Assembly (NCBI GenBank): GCA_965116495.1
Contig: OZ220696.1
Span: 2,848,001-2,912,000, forward strand
Direction of reading: 5' to 3'
Length of the DNA stretch: 64,000 nucleotides
DNA from: Gammaproteobacteria bacterium
GTDB taxonomy: Bacteria; Pseudomonadota; Gammaproteobacteria; Eutrophobiales; Eutrophobiaceae
This document shows positions 48,098-58,734 of this stretch, piece by piece. The position numbers and the translations under genes are program-made. How positions within the stretch are numbered: position 1 is the stretch's first letter; each line of letters opens with the position of its first letter. Below the pieces are notes generated by a model that was not told the origin of the DNA, did not search any database, and saw nothing but the letters and a program-made list of their open reading frames with translations.

Positions 48098-48651
48098 GGG
48101 GCGTGTCCCTTACGTATCCCGCAAATTTCCTTCCGGCGCAGCAATCCCTCGCGCGAATGGCCGTGGCACAAGGCAACCCCAAGGGCGTCCGCGGCATCCG
48201 CCTGGGGCACGCCGGCCAGGCACAACAACACCTTGATCATGTATTGTACCTGTGACTTTTGCGCATGGCCCTTGCCGACAACGGCCTGTTTTACCTGGTT
48301 TGCAGTATATTCAAACACTGCCAGGTCCCGCTCTGCACAAGCGGTCACGGCGGCTCCCTTGGATTGCCCAAGTTTCAATGCGGAATCGGCGTTGCGGTAC
48401 ATGAATACTTTTTCCACGGCGCATTCATCCGGCCGGTACTCGCTGATCACTGCACTCAGCCCGCGGAAAATCTGGCGCAGTTTATCGGACAACTGCGCGC
48501 CCTGGGTCGTAATGTGGCCGTGGGCGACATGGACCGCGCGGTTGCCGTCCATATCGATCACACCGTAACCCGTATGCTGGGACCCCGGGTCAATCCCGAG
48601 AATTCGAATGCCCCGCTTGCGACCTGCGTCGTTGTTATCCGGATTAGTCAC
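48094..48651 (-). CDS. ruvC: RuvC
   Basis: ILGIDPGS, AVE.VF, KLGQ, DAADAL..A.CH. Confidence 0.97.
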   Translation of the reverse strand: MTNPDNNDAGRKRGIRILGIDPGSQHTGYGVIDMDGNRAVHVAHGHITTQGAQLSDKLRQIFRGLSAVISEYRPDECAVEKVFMYRNADSALKLGQSKGAAVTACAERDLAVFEYTANQVKQAVVGKGHAQKSQVQYMIKVLLCLAGVPQADAADALGVALCHGHSREGLLRRKEICGIRKGHAP

Positions 48652-48701
48652 GATCGATGATCGGTTTCCTACGCTCGATGGTTCGTTTTCCGCTCACGGC
48701 A

Positions 48702-49448
48702 TTAATCGAGTTGCGCCAGGATTTCATCGGGGATCTCCGCATTGGAATACACCTTTTGCACATCGTTCAGGTCTTCCAGGGTATCCAGCAGGCGTATCAT
48801 GGTCTGTGCACCCTGCAGGTCCAGCGTATTACCGGTTGCGGCTCGCATCGTAACCTCCGCCACTTCGGGCGGGTAGCCGGCTCCAACCAACCCGCCTTTT
48901 ACATCGAGGAAGTCGTCCGGCGTCGTTAATACGTCAATGGAACCGTCATCATTGCCGGCAACGTCGTCGGCGCCGGTTTCCAGCGCGGCTTCCAGCAACG
49001 CGTCCTCGTTGGTCCCGGGCGGGTAGGAGAGCAGGCCGATCTTGGAAAACAGGTACGCGACCGAACCGTCGGTTCCCAGGTTGCCGCCGCACTTGGCAAA
49101 CACATGACGCACCTCCGCAACGGTGCGGTTGCGGTTGTCGGTCATGCAGTCGACCATTACGGCAACGCCGCCCGGGCCGTAACCTTCGTAACGTACTTCC
49201 TCCAGGCTGTCGCCCTCAGCGCCGCCCGCGCCACGCTTTACAGCCCGTTCAATGGTGTCCTTGGGCATGTTGCCCGCCAGGGCATTGTCTATGGCTGCGC
49301 GCAGTCTGGGGTTCCCGTCTGGATCGCCGCCGCCGAGTCTGGCCGACACCGTGATTTCGCGGATCAGTTTGCTGAATAATTTACCCCGTTTTGCATCCTG
49401 GCGTCCCTTGCGGTGCTGGATGTTTGCCCACTTGCTGTGTCCGGCCAT
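48702..49448 (-). CDS. yebC: YebC/PmpR family regulator
   Basis: [25 protein letters not shown]. Confidence 0.97.
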   Translation of the reverse strand: MAGHSKWANIQHRKGRQDAKRGKLFSKLIREITVSARLGGGDPDGNPRLRAAIDNALAGNMPKDTIERAVKRGAGGAEGDSLEEVRYEGYGPGGVAVMVDCMTDNRNRTVAEVRHVFAKCGGNLGTDGSVAYLFSKIGLLSYPPGTNEDALLEAALETGADDVAGNDDGSIDVLTTPDDFLDVKGGLVGAGYPPEVAEVTMRAATGNTLDLQGAQTMIRLLDTLEDLNDVQKVYSNAEIPDEILAQLD

Positions 49449-49578
49449 GCCTCTTTATCCTGTATTCTGTTCCCTGAAATTTTACCACTTGCTTTGTACA
49501 CAACAAAGTTAATCCTCAGGTGATACAAACCAGCGCAGCTAAATATAGTGAAAATACGTTGAATTCTTTCCTGACCTG

Positions 49579-50652
49579 TCAGGCGTCACTGTTTCCGTAA
49601 ATAACCTGTTTACGTTGCGCAGCAAAATTCAGCAGGCGCCCGATGGGGATGCAGGCGCGTTCGATGATGTTCTCATCGACAACAATCTCATTAGCGCCCG
49701 ATCTGAGCGTTGCCAGCAGTTTTGTCAGGCTGTTCATGGCCATCCACGGGCAATGTCCGCAGCTTTTACAGGTGGCGCCCCGGCCGGCCGTAGGCGCCTC
49801 GATGAACGTCTTATCCGGGGCGGCCTGCTGCATCTTGTAAAATATACCCCGATCGGTCGCTACGATGAACGTATCCGAATCCAACTCCCTGGACGCGTTG
49901 ATTATCCCCGTGGTGGAGCTGACCACGTCGGCCTGCGCAATAACCGGGGCCGGCGACTCCGGGTGTACCAGTACCTTGGCGCGGGGGTGTTGCAGCTTCA
50001 ATTCCGCCAGTTCCCGGCCCTTGAATTCCTCATGGACGATGCAACTGCCCTGCCACAATACCATGTCGGCCCCGGATTGAGCCTGAACGTATTCACCCAG
50101 GTACTTGTCCGGCGCCCAGATGATTTTCTCCCCTTTCTCCGCCAGGTGTCTGACCACGTCCACCGCGCTGCCGGAGGTGACCATCCAGTCGGCGCGGGCC
50201 TTGACCGCGGCGCTGGTGTTGGCATAGACCACGACAGTGTGGTCGGGATAGGAATCACAAAAAGCGCTGAACGCATCAATGGGGCAACCCAGGTCCAGGG
50301 AACAATCCGCGTGCAGGTCCGGCACCAGTACCCGCTTTTCCGGGTTCAGGATCTTCGCGGTTTCGCCCATGAAGCGCACACCGCAAACGACCAGGGTATC
50401 CGCATCGGCTTCGTGGCCGAAGCGCGCCATGTCCAGAGAATCGGATACATGGCCGCCGGTTTCATCTGCCAGCAACTGCAAATCCGGATCGGTGTAGTAA
50501 TGGGCAACCAGCACGGCATTCCGTTCCGCCAGCAACCGTTTAATCTGCTGAATGCACTCGTCCCGTTCATCCCGGCTGAGTGTTTCAACCAGAGTTTCCG
50601 GCACCTGCTCAGGCGGTAATCGATAATCCTGGGTAGTGATGACAGTATGCAT
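49579..50652 (-). CDS. nadA: Quinolinate synthase
   Basis: [36 protein letters not shown]. Confidence 0.97.
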   Translation of the reverse strand: MHTVITTQDYRLPPEQVPETLVETLSRDERDECIQQIKRLLAERNAVLVAHYYTDPDLQLLADETGGHVSDSLDMARFGHEADADTLVVCGVRFMGETAKILNPEKRVLVPDLHADCSLDLGCPIDAFSAFCDSYPDHTVVVYANTSAAVKARADWMVTSGSAVDVVRHLAEKGEKIIWAPDKYLGEYVQAQSGADMVLWQGSCIVHEEFKGRELAELKLQHPRAKVLVHPESPAPVIAQADVVSSTTGIINASRELDSDTFIVATDRGIFYKMQQAAPDKTFIEAPTAGRGATCKSCGHCPWMAMNSLTKLLATLRSGANEIVVDENIIERACIPIGRLLNFAAQRKQVIYGNSDA

Positions 50653-50768
50653 ATCCTCGGAACCTCGGCCCCCTGGTGGCAGCGCGTCATGCAGCAGTCA
50701 TGACGCAATCGAAGGCGAGTGTGTTAATAACAGTAAAATCCTAGTGCATCAATTACCTTTAATCAAGA

Positions 50769-50897
50769 CAATTTGGGACAGCCATAAATTTGGATTTTAT
50801 GGGTGTCCTGAATTGCCCCTTTCGGGGTCAGAGTAAAAATGTGAGACACGTTGTCACGTGGTTCTGGTACATTGCCGACAATTTTTACTCTGACCCC
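50769..50897. repeat. Two GGG(A/T)CAG-family palindromes in tandem
   Basis: Imperfect hairpin 50769-50815 (17/20 arm match); perfect 17-bp arms GGGGTCAGAGTAAAAAT at 50824-50840 and 50881-50897. Confidence 0.85.
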
Positions 50898-52924
50898 AAA
50901 TTTCCCATGCCGCAATCGTTGGCCAGAAAATCCAGCAACGTCCGGTAGAACTCCAGATAGTGCCGGTAGCCCAGGGTGTCAACGGTGTGCGCGGCATCCA
51001 CCAGCTTCAGGTATTTATAGGGCTTGCCCCGTTTATCCAGTTCCCGGGCGAACAGGTCGCTGTGCTTGATGGGAACGATCAGGTCGCGGTCGCCGTGCAC
51101 CAGTAATACGGGCACGTTGACGGCATCCATGTTGCGCAGTGGCGATAACCCGCCGCGCCATTTCTGGATAACGTCCCGGAACCGGTAATGCCATGTATCC
51201 TTCTCAATCAAGTCCATGCTGCTCACCCCGGCTCCCGCGATCGCGCAACGGTAGATATTGGGATTGCGCATCGATCCCACCATCGCCGAATAGCCACCGT
51301 AACTCCAGCCGAAGATGGCCATCCTGTCCGGATCGGCAATGCCCTGTTCCACCAGGTAGCGCATGCCGTCATCCACGTCGTCCTGCATCTTGTAGCCCCA
51401 CTGTTTGTTGCCGGCGCTGTAATAGTCGAATCCGAAGCCCGTGGAACCGCGGAAGTTGGGCTGCAGCACGGCGTAACCGCGGGTCGCCAGCAATTGCGGC
51501 CACTCGTCCCAGAAGGATGAGTTCCAGTACAGCGAATCGCGGCTGCGCGGACCGCCGTGGGGATGTGCAACGGCCGGATACGGCGGCTCGCCGGTAGTGG
51601 GAAGCGTCAGCACCGCGTTGATCTTCATACCGTCGCGGGCCTCGTACCAGATGGATTTGCGTTCGCCCAGTTGTTCCGGTTCGATGGCGGATGCCTTGCC
51701 CAGGAGTTGGATACGGGATTTGTCCCACAGCAGGTAATAACGGCCCGGCTCCTTCGGCCCCATGGAATGGACGATGATGTATTTGTCCTGCGCCGCCCGG
51801 TCATGGATCCTGTTGAAGTTGCCCGGCGGCAGGGCCGCGTCGATGGACTGTTGCAGTGCCGCGGCGGACTCGTCGATATAATGAATGGTGTATGAGTCGC
51901 CCACGTACGAGAATCCCACCAGTTGCGGATCCTCATCACCGTCCACGCACTCCTGCGAGATACAGGCCCTGACAATGTCCCTGGCATCATAGCGGTTGAT
52001 CGCGAACAACAGTTCGGGGTCGGTCTGCGGGCGCTCCATATCGAACAGGTAAATACCTTCCGTGTCGCGATCTTTTGCCCACAATACATACGCCTGGTTG
52101 TAGTCCGGTGGTTCGAAGCCCAGTATTTCCACGTAACGGTCCTCGTCCACGTCCCAGGTCAACCAGTCGGTCCAAGCACTCCAGTCGCCGTCTTTTCCAG
52201 TCCGGATTTGCATGGTGATGGTGTTGTCGTGACGGTTGGCGCGGCTGCGCACTCGTGCGTTCCCGTCCTTGTCGAACTCGTAGCCGAAATAGTTTGCCGA
52301 GAACTTGAAGACCGGTTGCGGCTGACCGTTGTTGACGTTCACCTTGAACACCTCGGTGCCGCTCTCCTCGGAATTCAACCACTCGATCAACACCCATTCA
52401 TCCTCTGCGGGAAGGCGCGAAACCACCCTCGGGCTGAACAGGCGCTGCACATAGGTCTCGAATGCGAAGCGGGTGATGTTATTCTTGCTGGGCAGTTCCA
52501 CCCAGCGCCCACCGTCAACTCCCACGGAGAGCAGTTTCCAGGCATAGGTCTTTACCTTGCCGGCCGCGCCGATCCCCGCCCGATTGTAACCGATGCGCCG
52601 TCCCGGCACCTCCACCGGCTGGCGCGTGCGGATCAACAGGCGTTCGTCATTGGCCCAGTTCACCCCGACGATGTCCATGTGTTCCGCGCCCAGAGTGTAC
52701 GGCTCCTTATCCAGGCGCGCGGTCTCATAGATGTCCACCACGTAATTCTGTCTCGGGCCGGGCAGGCGCATGATCGCTAGGTGATCGCCGGAAGGGGACA
52801 GGTCAACGTCGCGCAGCAGGGGCCGCATGGCAAACTCTTCCAGAGTCGGCGGCTCGAGCGCGGCGCCGGTGGCCGCATAAAGTAGCAACGTCAGAACAAC
52901 AGAGGAGGCAACCCCGCGCATCAT
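50885..52924 (-). CDS. Exported S9 family (prolyl oligopeptidase / acylaminoacyl peptidase-like) serine peptidase
   Basis: Signal peptide; PHGGP, QPNFRGSTGFG, nucleophile GWSYGGY, HGDRD..VP, AAH triad. Confidence 0.92.
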   Translation of the reverse strand: MMRGVASSVVLTLLLYAATGAALEPPTLEEFAMRPLLRDVDLSPSGDHLAIMRLPGPRQNYVVDIYETARLDKEPYTLGAEHMDIVGVNWANDERLLIRTRQPVEVPGRRIGYNRAGIGAAGKVKTYAWKLLSVGVDGGRWVELPSKNNITRFAFETYVQRLFSPRVVSRLPAEDEWVLIEWLNSEESGTEVFKVNVNNGQPQPVFKFSANYFGYEFDKDGNARVRSRANRHDNTITMQIRTGKDGDWSAWTDWLTWDVDEDRYVEILGFEPPDYNQAYVLWAKDRDTEGIYLFDMERPQTDPELLFAINRYDARDIVRACISQECVDGDEDPQLVGFSYVGDSYTIHYIDESAAALQQSIDAALPPGNFNRIHDRAAQDKYIIVHSMGPKEPGRYYLLWDKSRIQLLGKASAIEPEQLGERKSIWYEARDGMKINAVLTLPTTGEPPYPAVAHPHGGPRSRDSLYWNSSFWDEWPQLLATRGYAVLQPNFRGSTGFGFDYYSAGNKQWGYKMQDDVDDGMRYLVEQGIADPDRMAIFGWSYGGYSAMVGSMRNPNIYRCAIAGAGVSSMDLIEKDTWHYRFRDVIQKWRGGLSPLRNMDAVNVPVLLVHGDRDLIVPIKHSDLFARELDKRGKPYKYLKLVDAAHTVDTLGYRHYLEFYRTLLDFLANDCGMGNLGSE

Positions 52925-52975
52925 CACGCCTGACAACCGTAACCCTACATCTTCAGAACAGCGTTGGAGGTGAGA

Positions 52976-53027
52976 GGGGACAGATTTCAAGCATGCCCCC
53001 GCATGTTGTAGGCGGGGGCCTGTCCCC
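52976..53027. repeat. Composite GGGGACAG palindrome with nested 28-nt hairpin
   Basis: GGGGACAGATTTCAA[GCATGCCCCCGCATGTTGTAGGCGGGGG]CCTGTCCCC. Confidence 0.85.
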
Positions 53028-53039
53028 GATGTGCCGGGA

Positions 53040-56000
53040 TCAGAACAGCGAGGAGAGGTCATAACTGAAGGAGGCGAAAATCCTGCGGTCAAACAGGCTG
53101 TAGCCGGCGCCCAGGGGGATATTATAGCCGACAACCGTTCCGGTGGACGGGCTGAATCCACTCCATCCCACTACCGGCGGTGACACGTCGAAGACGTTGC
53201 GCACGCCGACGATCACCTGGAAGCGCCGGTTCGGGTCGCGGTAACGGATCGACAGGTTGTGGAAGAACTTATCGTCGGCTTCAGCGAGATTGGTGACGGA
53301 TTCATCTTCCGGCAATGCGTATACGGGTTCCTCATCGGTGGAGCCGACGTAGTCCGTGGTCCAGATGAAAGTGAAGTCCCGCCATTGAAAGCGCACGTCG
53401 GACTCGCCGCGCCAGTTCGCGTAGGAATGACGGCCCGCGTAATTGGTCGGTTTCTCATCGCCCAACCCATACTGGTACGCCAGCAGGCGCGTGGCCAGGA
53501 TATCCACGCTGAGGTCGCCGAACGAGAACTCGCGGTCCGCGCGCACGGTGATGTCATACCCCAGTGAGCGTTCGACCGCGACGTTGATGTACGAGGAGTT
53601 GACGCCGGTAAGCTCTCCATTCGGATTGCGTCCGCCTACCAGGTCGCATTCCTCGGCGCTGAAGTTCAGGGAATTGTAACAGCGCGACAGGATATTGCTG
53701 GCGCCGAGTCGGGAGATGGAGTTCTTGAGGTCGATATCGTAGTAATCGAAGGCAACGCTCAAGTTGAGGCCGAGGGCCGGAAAGCGGCCGGCCAGGTCCG
53801 GCGTCACGATAAATCCAAGGGTCCAGGAGTCCGAGGTTTCCGCCTCCAGATCGGGATTCCCTCCCGATGCGACCCTGATGCTGGAGGAGGGAGCATAATC
53901 GGGAGGGATGATGCCCTGGTTCTCCAGCGCCTCACAGTTGCGGTACTGGTTGCTGGTCGGGTCAAGGTCCTGGGACGGGTCGCGGAACCGGTCACAGGGG
54001 TCTGCCCTGGAGGCGACAAAACTGGTTACCGGCGCTAGGTTCAGGTGGTACAGTGCCGGCGCGCGAAACGAGGTACCCACCGACGTGCGCATGCGCAACA
54101 CGGGATTGACCGCGTAATTGAACAGCAGGCGCCAGGTGGTATCGCTGCCGTAGGAACTGTAGTGGGTGTATCGAAGGGAGCCGTTCACCGTGAGTTCCTC
54201 CGCCACGCTGACTCCGCCACGCTTGACGCCGGAGAGCAGCGGCACCTCCACTTCCGTATAGCCTTCTATCACCCGGTCATCCCCGGTGGTGACCCCCGCC
54301 GAGGTGAACCCCCACTGGTTGTCTTCCACCGCCGCCGGGGGAGGACGGTCATTGAGACTGCGGTTACGCCAGTCCATCCCCACTACCGCGCGGGCCTCGC
54401 CAGCGGGCACATCAAACAGGCGACCCTCCATGGAAAACCCCGCGGTCCAGAGATCGTAAGCGGTCTTGAGTTTCTGCCGGTCACCGACATAACCCGCTGC
54501 CTCCGGCGGGATCTCGCCGCGCCGCAGGGCATCTTTGCTGAACAGGTTCAGGGGAACGCAATCCGGATCGGGGCCCTCGGCCAGGATGCGGCTCACTATG
54601 GCGCCTTCGAAATTGGCGCCGAACAGGAGCTGGCCCGGGTCCAGGACGCAGTGAAGATTCCCGTCCGGCCCGATCGCGGAGGACATGGCCCGCGCTACCT
54701 TGTCCTTCAGCCAGACATCGTAGGTCCACTCGCCCCGGCTCCAGGAATAGCCGCCGTCAATCTTCCAGGTGAACTCGCCCAGGTCCCCTTCCAGGCCCAG
54801 GCGCAGCGCGCCCACGTCGTTCTGCACTTCCGTGACCGGGTCCAGCAGGTCATAGCTCATCACTACCGGCTGGGCGATGCCTCCGATTATGCCGAACGGG
54901 TTGGTCGGGTTGGCAGGGTGGACAAAAGGAAAGAGTTGCCGGTACCCGCTGTTGTAGCTTTCATCGCGGTGCGTAAAATAAAATTCGTAGTTGGCGCTGA
55001 CCGTCCCCAACATACCGCCCAGGTCGAGATCCAGCAGTCCGTCACTGTACACCTGGATGCGCCGGCGGTCCGGTATCAGGTGCTCTGCGCCCCAGTTGCG
55101 GTCGTCCCGGTATCCTTCTTCCGGCACTCTCTCGCCGTCCCTGTCGCCAAGCTCCCGCCAGGGAAGGCCGGTCCCGGCAAAATCGGCGCCCGGATCGCGT
55201 ACCAGGGAGGTCGCCGGGCCGAGCCCGTACACGTCCACGAAACCGAATACCGAGCCGAAGCAACGGCCGCGCGTGGGCGCAAAAATGGAAGGATGGATTC
55301 CCCCGTCGGTCAGCGGGCGCTCATCGCAGAAACTGTAATCCTGTTCGTCCCGCCCCACTGGCCCCAGGCTTGAGAATTCGACCGCGGCGTCGATGTAGCC
55401 GCGATCCCAGGTCTTGCCGAACAGTCCGCTCACCGAACCATAATCGAGTTCATCCTGGTAGTAACCTTCCAGGATAACGTCATCGAAACGTTTTCTGGTG
55501 ATAATGTTCACCACTCCGGCGATGGCATCGGCGCCGTAGATGGAAGAAGCGCCGTCCTTGAGGATTTCGATCCGGTCAATGGCGACGTCCGGGATCGAGT
55601 TCAGGTCAACGCTATTGACCCGGCCGCGGGTGCCCGCCGGCGTGAAGCGCCGGCCGTTCACCAGGATCAGGGTGCGGCCCGGGTCGAGGCTGCGCAGGCC
55701 GAACGTGTTGACGCCGGGGCCGCCGGAGACCACGAATCCCCCAAAAGTGTTGTCGATCTGTGTGCCGGAAGCCAGGGCGCTGGTTTGCAGGATCTCCGAG
55801 GTATTGGCCATGCCCGCCAAGGTAGCGCTCTCGCTGGTGATGACCGTTACCGGCAAGGCCGATGTGAACGCATCGCGACGGATGCGTGAGCCTGTCACTA
55901 TGATCTCTTCGGTCGCGCCCCCTGGTGGAGTAAGTTCCGCCGCCCGTTTTTCATCAACCTCCGGGGCTGCTTCCCCAGCGTCAGAAGTCCGGTTGCCGAC

Positions 56001-56156
56001 CTGCCGGGACTCTTCCGTTTCATCATTCGTCCCCTTATCCGGTTCGGGCGCCCCCGGCGGAGGTGGTTCAGCCGTATCCTGCGCCGCCGCTGCAGGCCCC
56101 GACAGCCACAACAGGCCAAGGAAGAACAGGATAGGCAAGGATACTTCTCGCCGCAT
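53040..56156 (-). CDS. Large TonB-dependent receptor
   Basis: Signal peptide, TonB box EEIIVTGSRIRR, plug LILVNGRR...RIEILKDGASSIYGADAIAGVVNIIT, SFRAP, C-terminal Phe. Confidence 0.95.
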   Translation of the reverse strand: MRREVSLPILFFLGLLWLSGPAAAAQDTAEPPPPGAPEPDKGTNDETEESRQVGNRTSDAGEAAPEVDEKRAAELTPPGGATEEIIVTGSRIRRDAFTSALPVTVITSESATLAGMANTSEILQTSALASGTQIDNTFGGFVVSGGPGVNTFGLRSLDPGRTLILVNGRRFTPAGTRGRVNSVDLNSIPDVAIDRIEILKDGASSIYGADAIAGVVNIITRKRFDDVILEGYYQDELDYGSVSGLFGKTWDRGYIDAAVEFSSLGPVGRDEQDYSFCDERPLTDGGIHPSIFAPTRGRCFGSVFGFVDVYGLGPATSLVRDPGADFAGTGLPWRELGDRDGERVPEEGYRDDRNWGAEHLIPDRRRIQVYSDGLLDLDLGGMLGTVSANYEFYFTHRDESYNSGYRQLFPFVHPANPTNPFGIIGGIAQPVVMSYDLLDPVTEVQNDVGALRLGLEGDLGEFTWKIDGGYSWSRGEWTYDVWLKDKVARAMSSAIGPDGNLHCVLDPGQLLFGANFEGAIVSRILAEGPDPDCVPLNLFSKDALRRGEIPPEAAGYVGDRQKLKTAYDLWTAGFSMEGRLFDVPAGEARAVVGMDWRNRSLNDRPPPAAVEDNQWGFTSAGVTTGDDRVIEGYTEVEVPLLSGVKRGGVSVAEELTVNGSLRYTHYSSYGSDTTWRLLFNYAVNPVLRMRTSVGTSFRAPALYHLNLAPVTSFVASRADPCDRFRDPSQDLDPTSNQYRNCEALENQGIIPPDYAPSSSIRVASGGNPDLEAETSDSWTLGFIVTPDLAGRFPALGLNLSVAFDYYDIDLKNSISRLGASNILSRCYNSLNFSAEECDLVGGRNPNGELTGVNSSYINVAVERSLGYDITVRADREFSFGDLSVDILATRLLAYQYGLGDEKPTNYAGRHSYANWRGESDVRFQWRDFTFIWTTDYVGSTDEEPVYALPEDESVTNLAEADDKFFHNLSIRYRDPNRRFQVIVGVRNVFDVSPPVVGWSGFSPSTGTVVGYNIPLGAGYSLFDRRIFASFSYDLSSLF

Positions 56157-56204
56157 GATGGTTGCCGGTTTTCGGGTTAAATTCACCAATAGTAATTCAG
56201 AAGT

Positions 56205-57956
56205 TTAAATGAGTTTGACACCCAGTTCACGCAATTGTTCCGGAGATGCGCCCGCAGGGGCGGACGTGAGCAGGCAACTGGCGGTCTGGGTCTTGGGAAA
56301 CGCGATGACGTCCCGGATCCCCTTCGCCCCGGCCATGATCATGACAATGCGGTCCAAACCGAAGGCGATACCGCCGTGGGGCGGACACCCGTATGACAGG
56401 GCGTCGATCAGGAAACCGAACTTCTCCCGGGCCTGTTCCTCGTCAATACCAAGCAGGTCCAGCACCTTCAATTGCATTTCCGGCTCATGGATACGGATCG
56501 AACCGCCGCCCAGTTCCATGCCGTTCAGGACCAGGTCATAGGCGCGCGACAGGCTCTCATGCAGGTCGCCGTCATGCTCCGACACTTGCGGCGCGGTAAA
56601 AGGATGGTGCAGCGAGTCCCAGCGCTGCTCAGTATCGTTATATTCGAATAACGGGAAATCCACTACCCAGAGTGGCGCCCAGTCTCCCTGCAGCAAACCC
56701 AGGTCTTCGGCCAGCGCCGCACGCAGGGCGCCGAGTGAGTCGTTGACGGTACGCGCCTTGTCGGCGCCGAAAAAAACAATATCGCCGGTCTGCGCCCCGG
56801 TACGCTGCAACACGGCCTGCACTGTTTCCCCCGGCAGGAATTTCAGGATGGGCGATTGCAGTCCGGCATCGCCCTTTTCCATATCATTGATCTTGATATA
56901 GGCGAGCCCCCTGGCGCCGTGCTTGCCGACATAAGCGGTATAGTCATCGATTTCCTTGCGCGTGAGCGCATTGCCGCCCGGCAGGCACAGCGCGGCAACG
57001 CGTCCGTGCGCCTGGTTTGCCGGGCCGGAAAATACCTTGAATTCCACCTCCTTCATCAGGTCGCCGATTTCGACCAGTTCCAGCGGGTTGCGCAAGTCAG
57101 GCCGGTCCGTGCCGTAGCGCAGCATGGCCTCATGGTAAGTCATGCGCGGGAACGGGTCGGCCAGATCAATACCTTTTACCTGTTTGAACACGGTACGCAT
57201 CATATCTTCTACCAAGCCGATCACGTCATTCTCATCGACAAACGACATTTCCATGTCAAGCTGGGTAAATTCCGGCTGCCGGTCCGCGCGCAGGTCCTCG
57301 TCGCGAAAACAGCGGACAATCTGGTAGTAGCGATCCATCCCGGACATCATCAGCAGTTGCTTGAACAGTTGCGGTGACTGCGGCAGGGCGAAGAAGCTGC
57401 CGCGCTGGGTCCGGCTCGGCACCAGGTAATCCCGCGCGCCCTCGGGGGTTGCCCTGGTCAGGACGGGGGTTTCGATATCAAGAAAGCCGCTCCCGTCAAG
57501 GTAGTCACGGATGGCCCGGGTGACCCGGCTGCGCAGTTTGATATTTTCCTGCATGGTTTCCCGGCGCAGGTCCACGTAGCGGTAGCGCAGGCGGACATCG
57601 TCCTGCACGTTTTCGTCATCCAGTTGGAACGGCGGCGTTTTGGCCTTGTTCAGTATTTCCAGGGTATGCCCCAGCACTTCAACTTCACCGGTCGGCAGGT
57701 TGGGGTTGACCGTGCCTTGCGGACGCCTGCGAACACGGCCGGTTATACGGATCACAAATTCATTCCTGAGTGATTCGGCAATTGCAAAAGAATCGGCCCG
57801 GTCGGGATCGTAGACAACCTGGGCCAGACCTTCCCGGTCCCTCAGGTCGATAAAGATCACACCGCCGTGATCGCGGCGCCGGTGCACCCAGCCGCACAAC
57901 GCGACATCCTCACCGATCATATCGGCGGTCAACTGTCCACAACAATGACTGCGCAT
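56205..57956 (-). CDS. aspS: Aspartyl-tRNA synthetase (GGVIF-type; possibly non-discriminating Asp/Asn)
   Basis: [49 protein letters not shown]. Confidence 0.98.
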   Translation of the reverse strand: MRSHCCGQLTADMIGEDVALCGWVHRRRDHGGVIFIDLRDREGLAQVVYDPDRADSFAIAESLRNEFVIRITGRVRRRPQGTVNPNLPTGEVEVLGHTLEILNKAKTPPFQLDDENVQDDVRLRYRYVDLRRETMQENIKLRSRVTRAIRDYLDGSGFLDIETPVLTRATPEGARDYLVPSRTQRGSFFALPQSPQLFKQLLMMSGMDRYYQIVRCFRDEDLRADRQPEFTQLDMEMSFVDENDVIGLVEDMMRTVFKQVKGIDLADPFPRMTYHEAMLRYGTDRPDLRNPLELVEIGDLMKEVEFKVFSGPANQAHGRVAALCLPGGNALTRKEIDDYTAYVGKHGARGLAYIKINDMEKGDAGLQSPILKFLPGETVQAVLQRTGAQTGDIVFFGADKARTVNDSLGALRAALAEDLGLLQGDWAPLWVVDFPLFEYNDTEQRWDSLHHPFTAPQVSEHDGDLHESLSRAYDLVLNGMELGGGSIRIHEPEMQLKVLDLLGIDEEQAREKFGFLIDALSYGCPPHGGIAFGLDRIVMIMAGAKGIRDVIAFPKTQTASCLLTSAPAGASPEQLRELGVKLI

Positions 57957-57995
57957 GGGTTGATCCTGGTTGTCGTACCGGTCAGGCAGGACGGT

Positions 57996-58640
57996 TCAGC
58001 CGTCAACTGCGGCGTTACTGTCCTGCACCAGTTGCCTGACTTTCCCATCGGGCACGATGACACCCATGGAGATAATGAACTTGAACCCGTCTTCAACCGA
58101 CATGTCCAGTTCTATTATGTCGCGTTTGGGGATCAGCAGGTTAAATCCCGAAGTGGGGTTGGGTGTGGTCGGCAGGTAAATTGACTGAAGCTGAAGATCA
58201 GTAATGCCGTGGTCCGTGTCAACCCGTTCATTACTGAGAAAACCGATGCACCAACTGTCCTTGCGCGGATATTCAATCAGCACCACCTTGCGGAACGAGT
58301 TGTTCTGTGAAGCCAGTAAGGTGGTGGATATCTGTTTGACGCTGCTGTAGATGTTCCGCACCAGGGGGATTTTCCCAAGCGCCGCTTCCCAGAACAGCAC
58401 CAGGCGTCGTCCTAGCAGGTTTGCCGCAAACATCCCGGTGAGAACCAGGACGCCGACAGCCAGGACAATGCCGAATCCCGGTATACTGAACCCCAGCAAC
58501 GCTTCGGGCCGATAATCCGCCGGCAGCAGCAGGATGGTACCGTCCAGGAGATCGATGACGAACTTGATAATGGCCACGGTAATGACCAGCGGCAGCCACA
58601 CCAGCAGGCCGGCAATAATATATTTTCGCAAGGCAGTCAT
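57996..58640 (-). CDS. DUF502 family membrane protein
   Basis: GLLVWLP..IT, IPLVRNIYSSVKQ, PTTPNPTSGF; upstream of aspS. Confidence 0.92.
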   Translation of the reverse strand: MTALRKYIIAGLLVWLPLVITVAIIKFVIDLLDGTILLLPADYRPEALLGFSIPGFGIVLAVGVLVLTGMFAANLLGRRLVLFWEAALGKIPLVRNIYSSVKQISTTLLASQNNSFRKVVLIEYPRKDSWCIGFLSNERVDTDHGITDLQLQSIYLPTTPNPTSGFNLLIPKRDIIELDMSVEDGFKFIISMGVIVPDGKVRQLVQDSNAAVDG

Positions 58641-58734
58641 TTATCTGTAAATCCTGGGCAACGGGTGGCGCTCCAGCATAAAAATCCGGTGCAGCATATC
58701 ATATTCCGGAGTCATTCGTCCGGGAAAAGGTGGG

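Noticed and set aside
47129-48568. 479-aa plus-strand ORF, and similar long ORFs at 28628, 49615, 54045 and 58777
   Set aside because: Antisense shadows of well-conserved genes (ruvABC, polA, nadA, TBDRs), expected in GC-rich DNA; no recognisable motifs.
52925-53161. Extended N-terminus of the S9 peptidase containing GTGPRLQHAGACLKSVP
   Set aside because: It overlaps the TBDR 3' end and precedes a good signal peptide at 52924, so this repeat copy is most likely intergenic.
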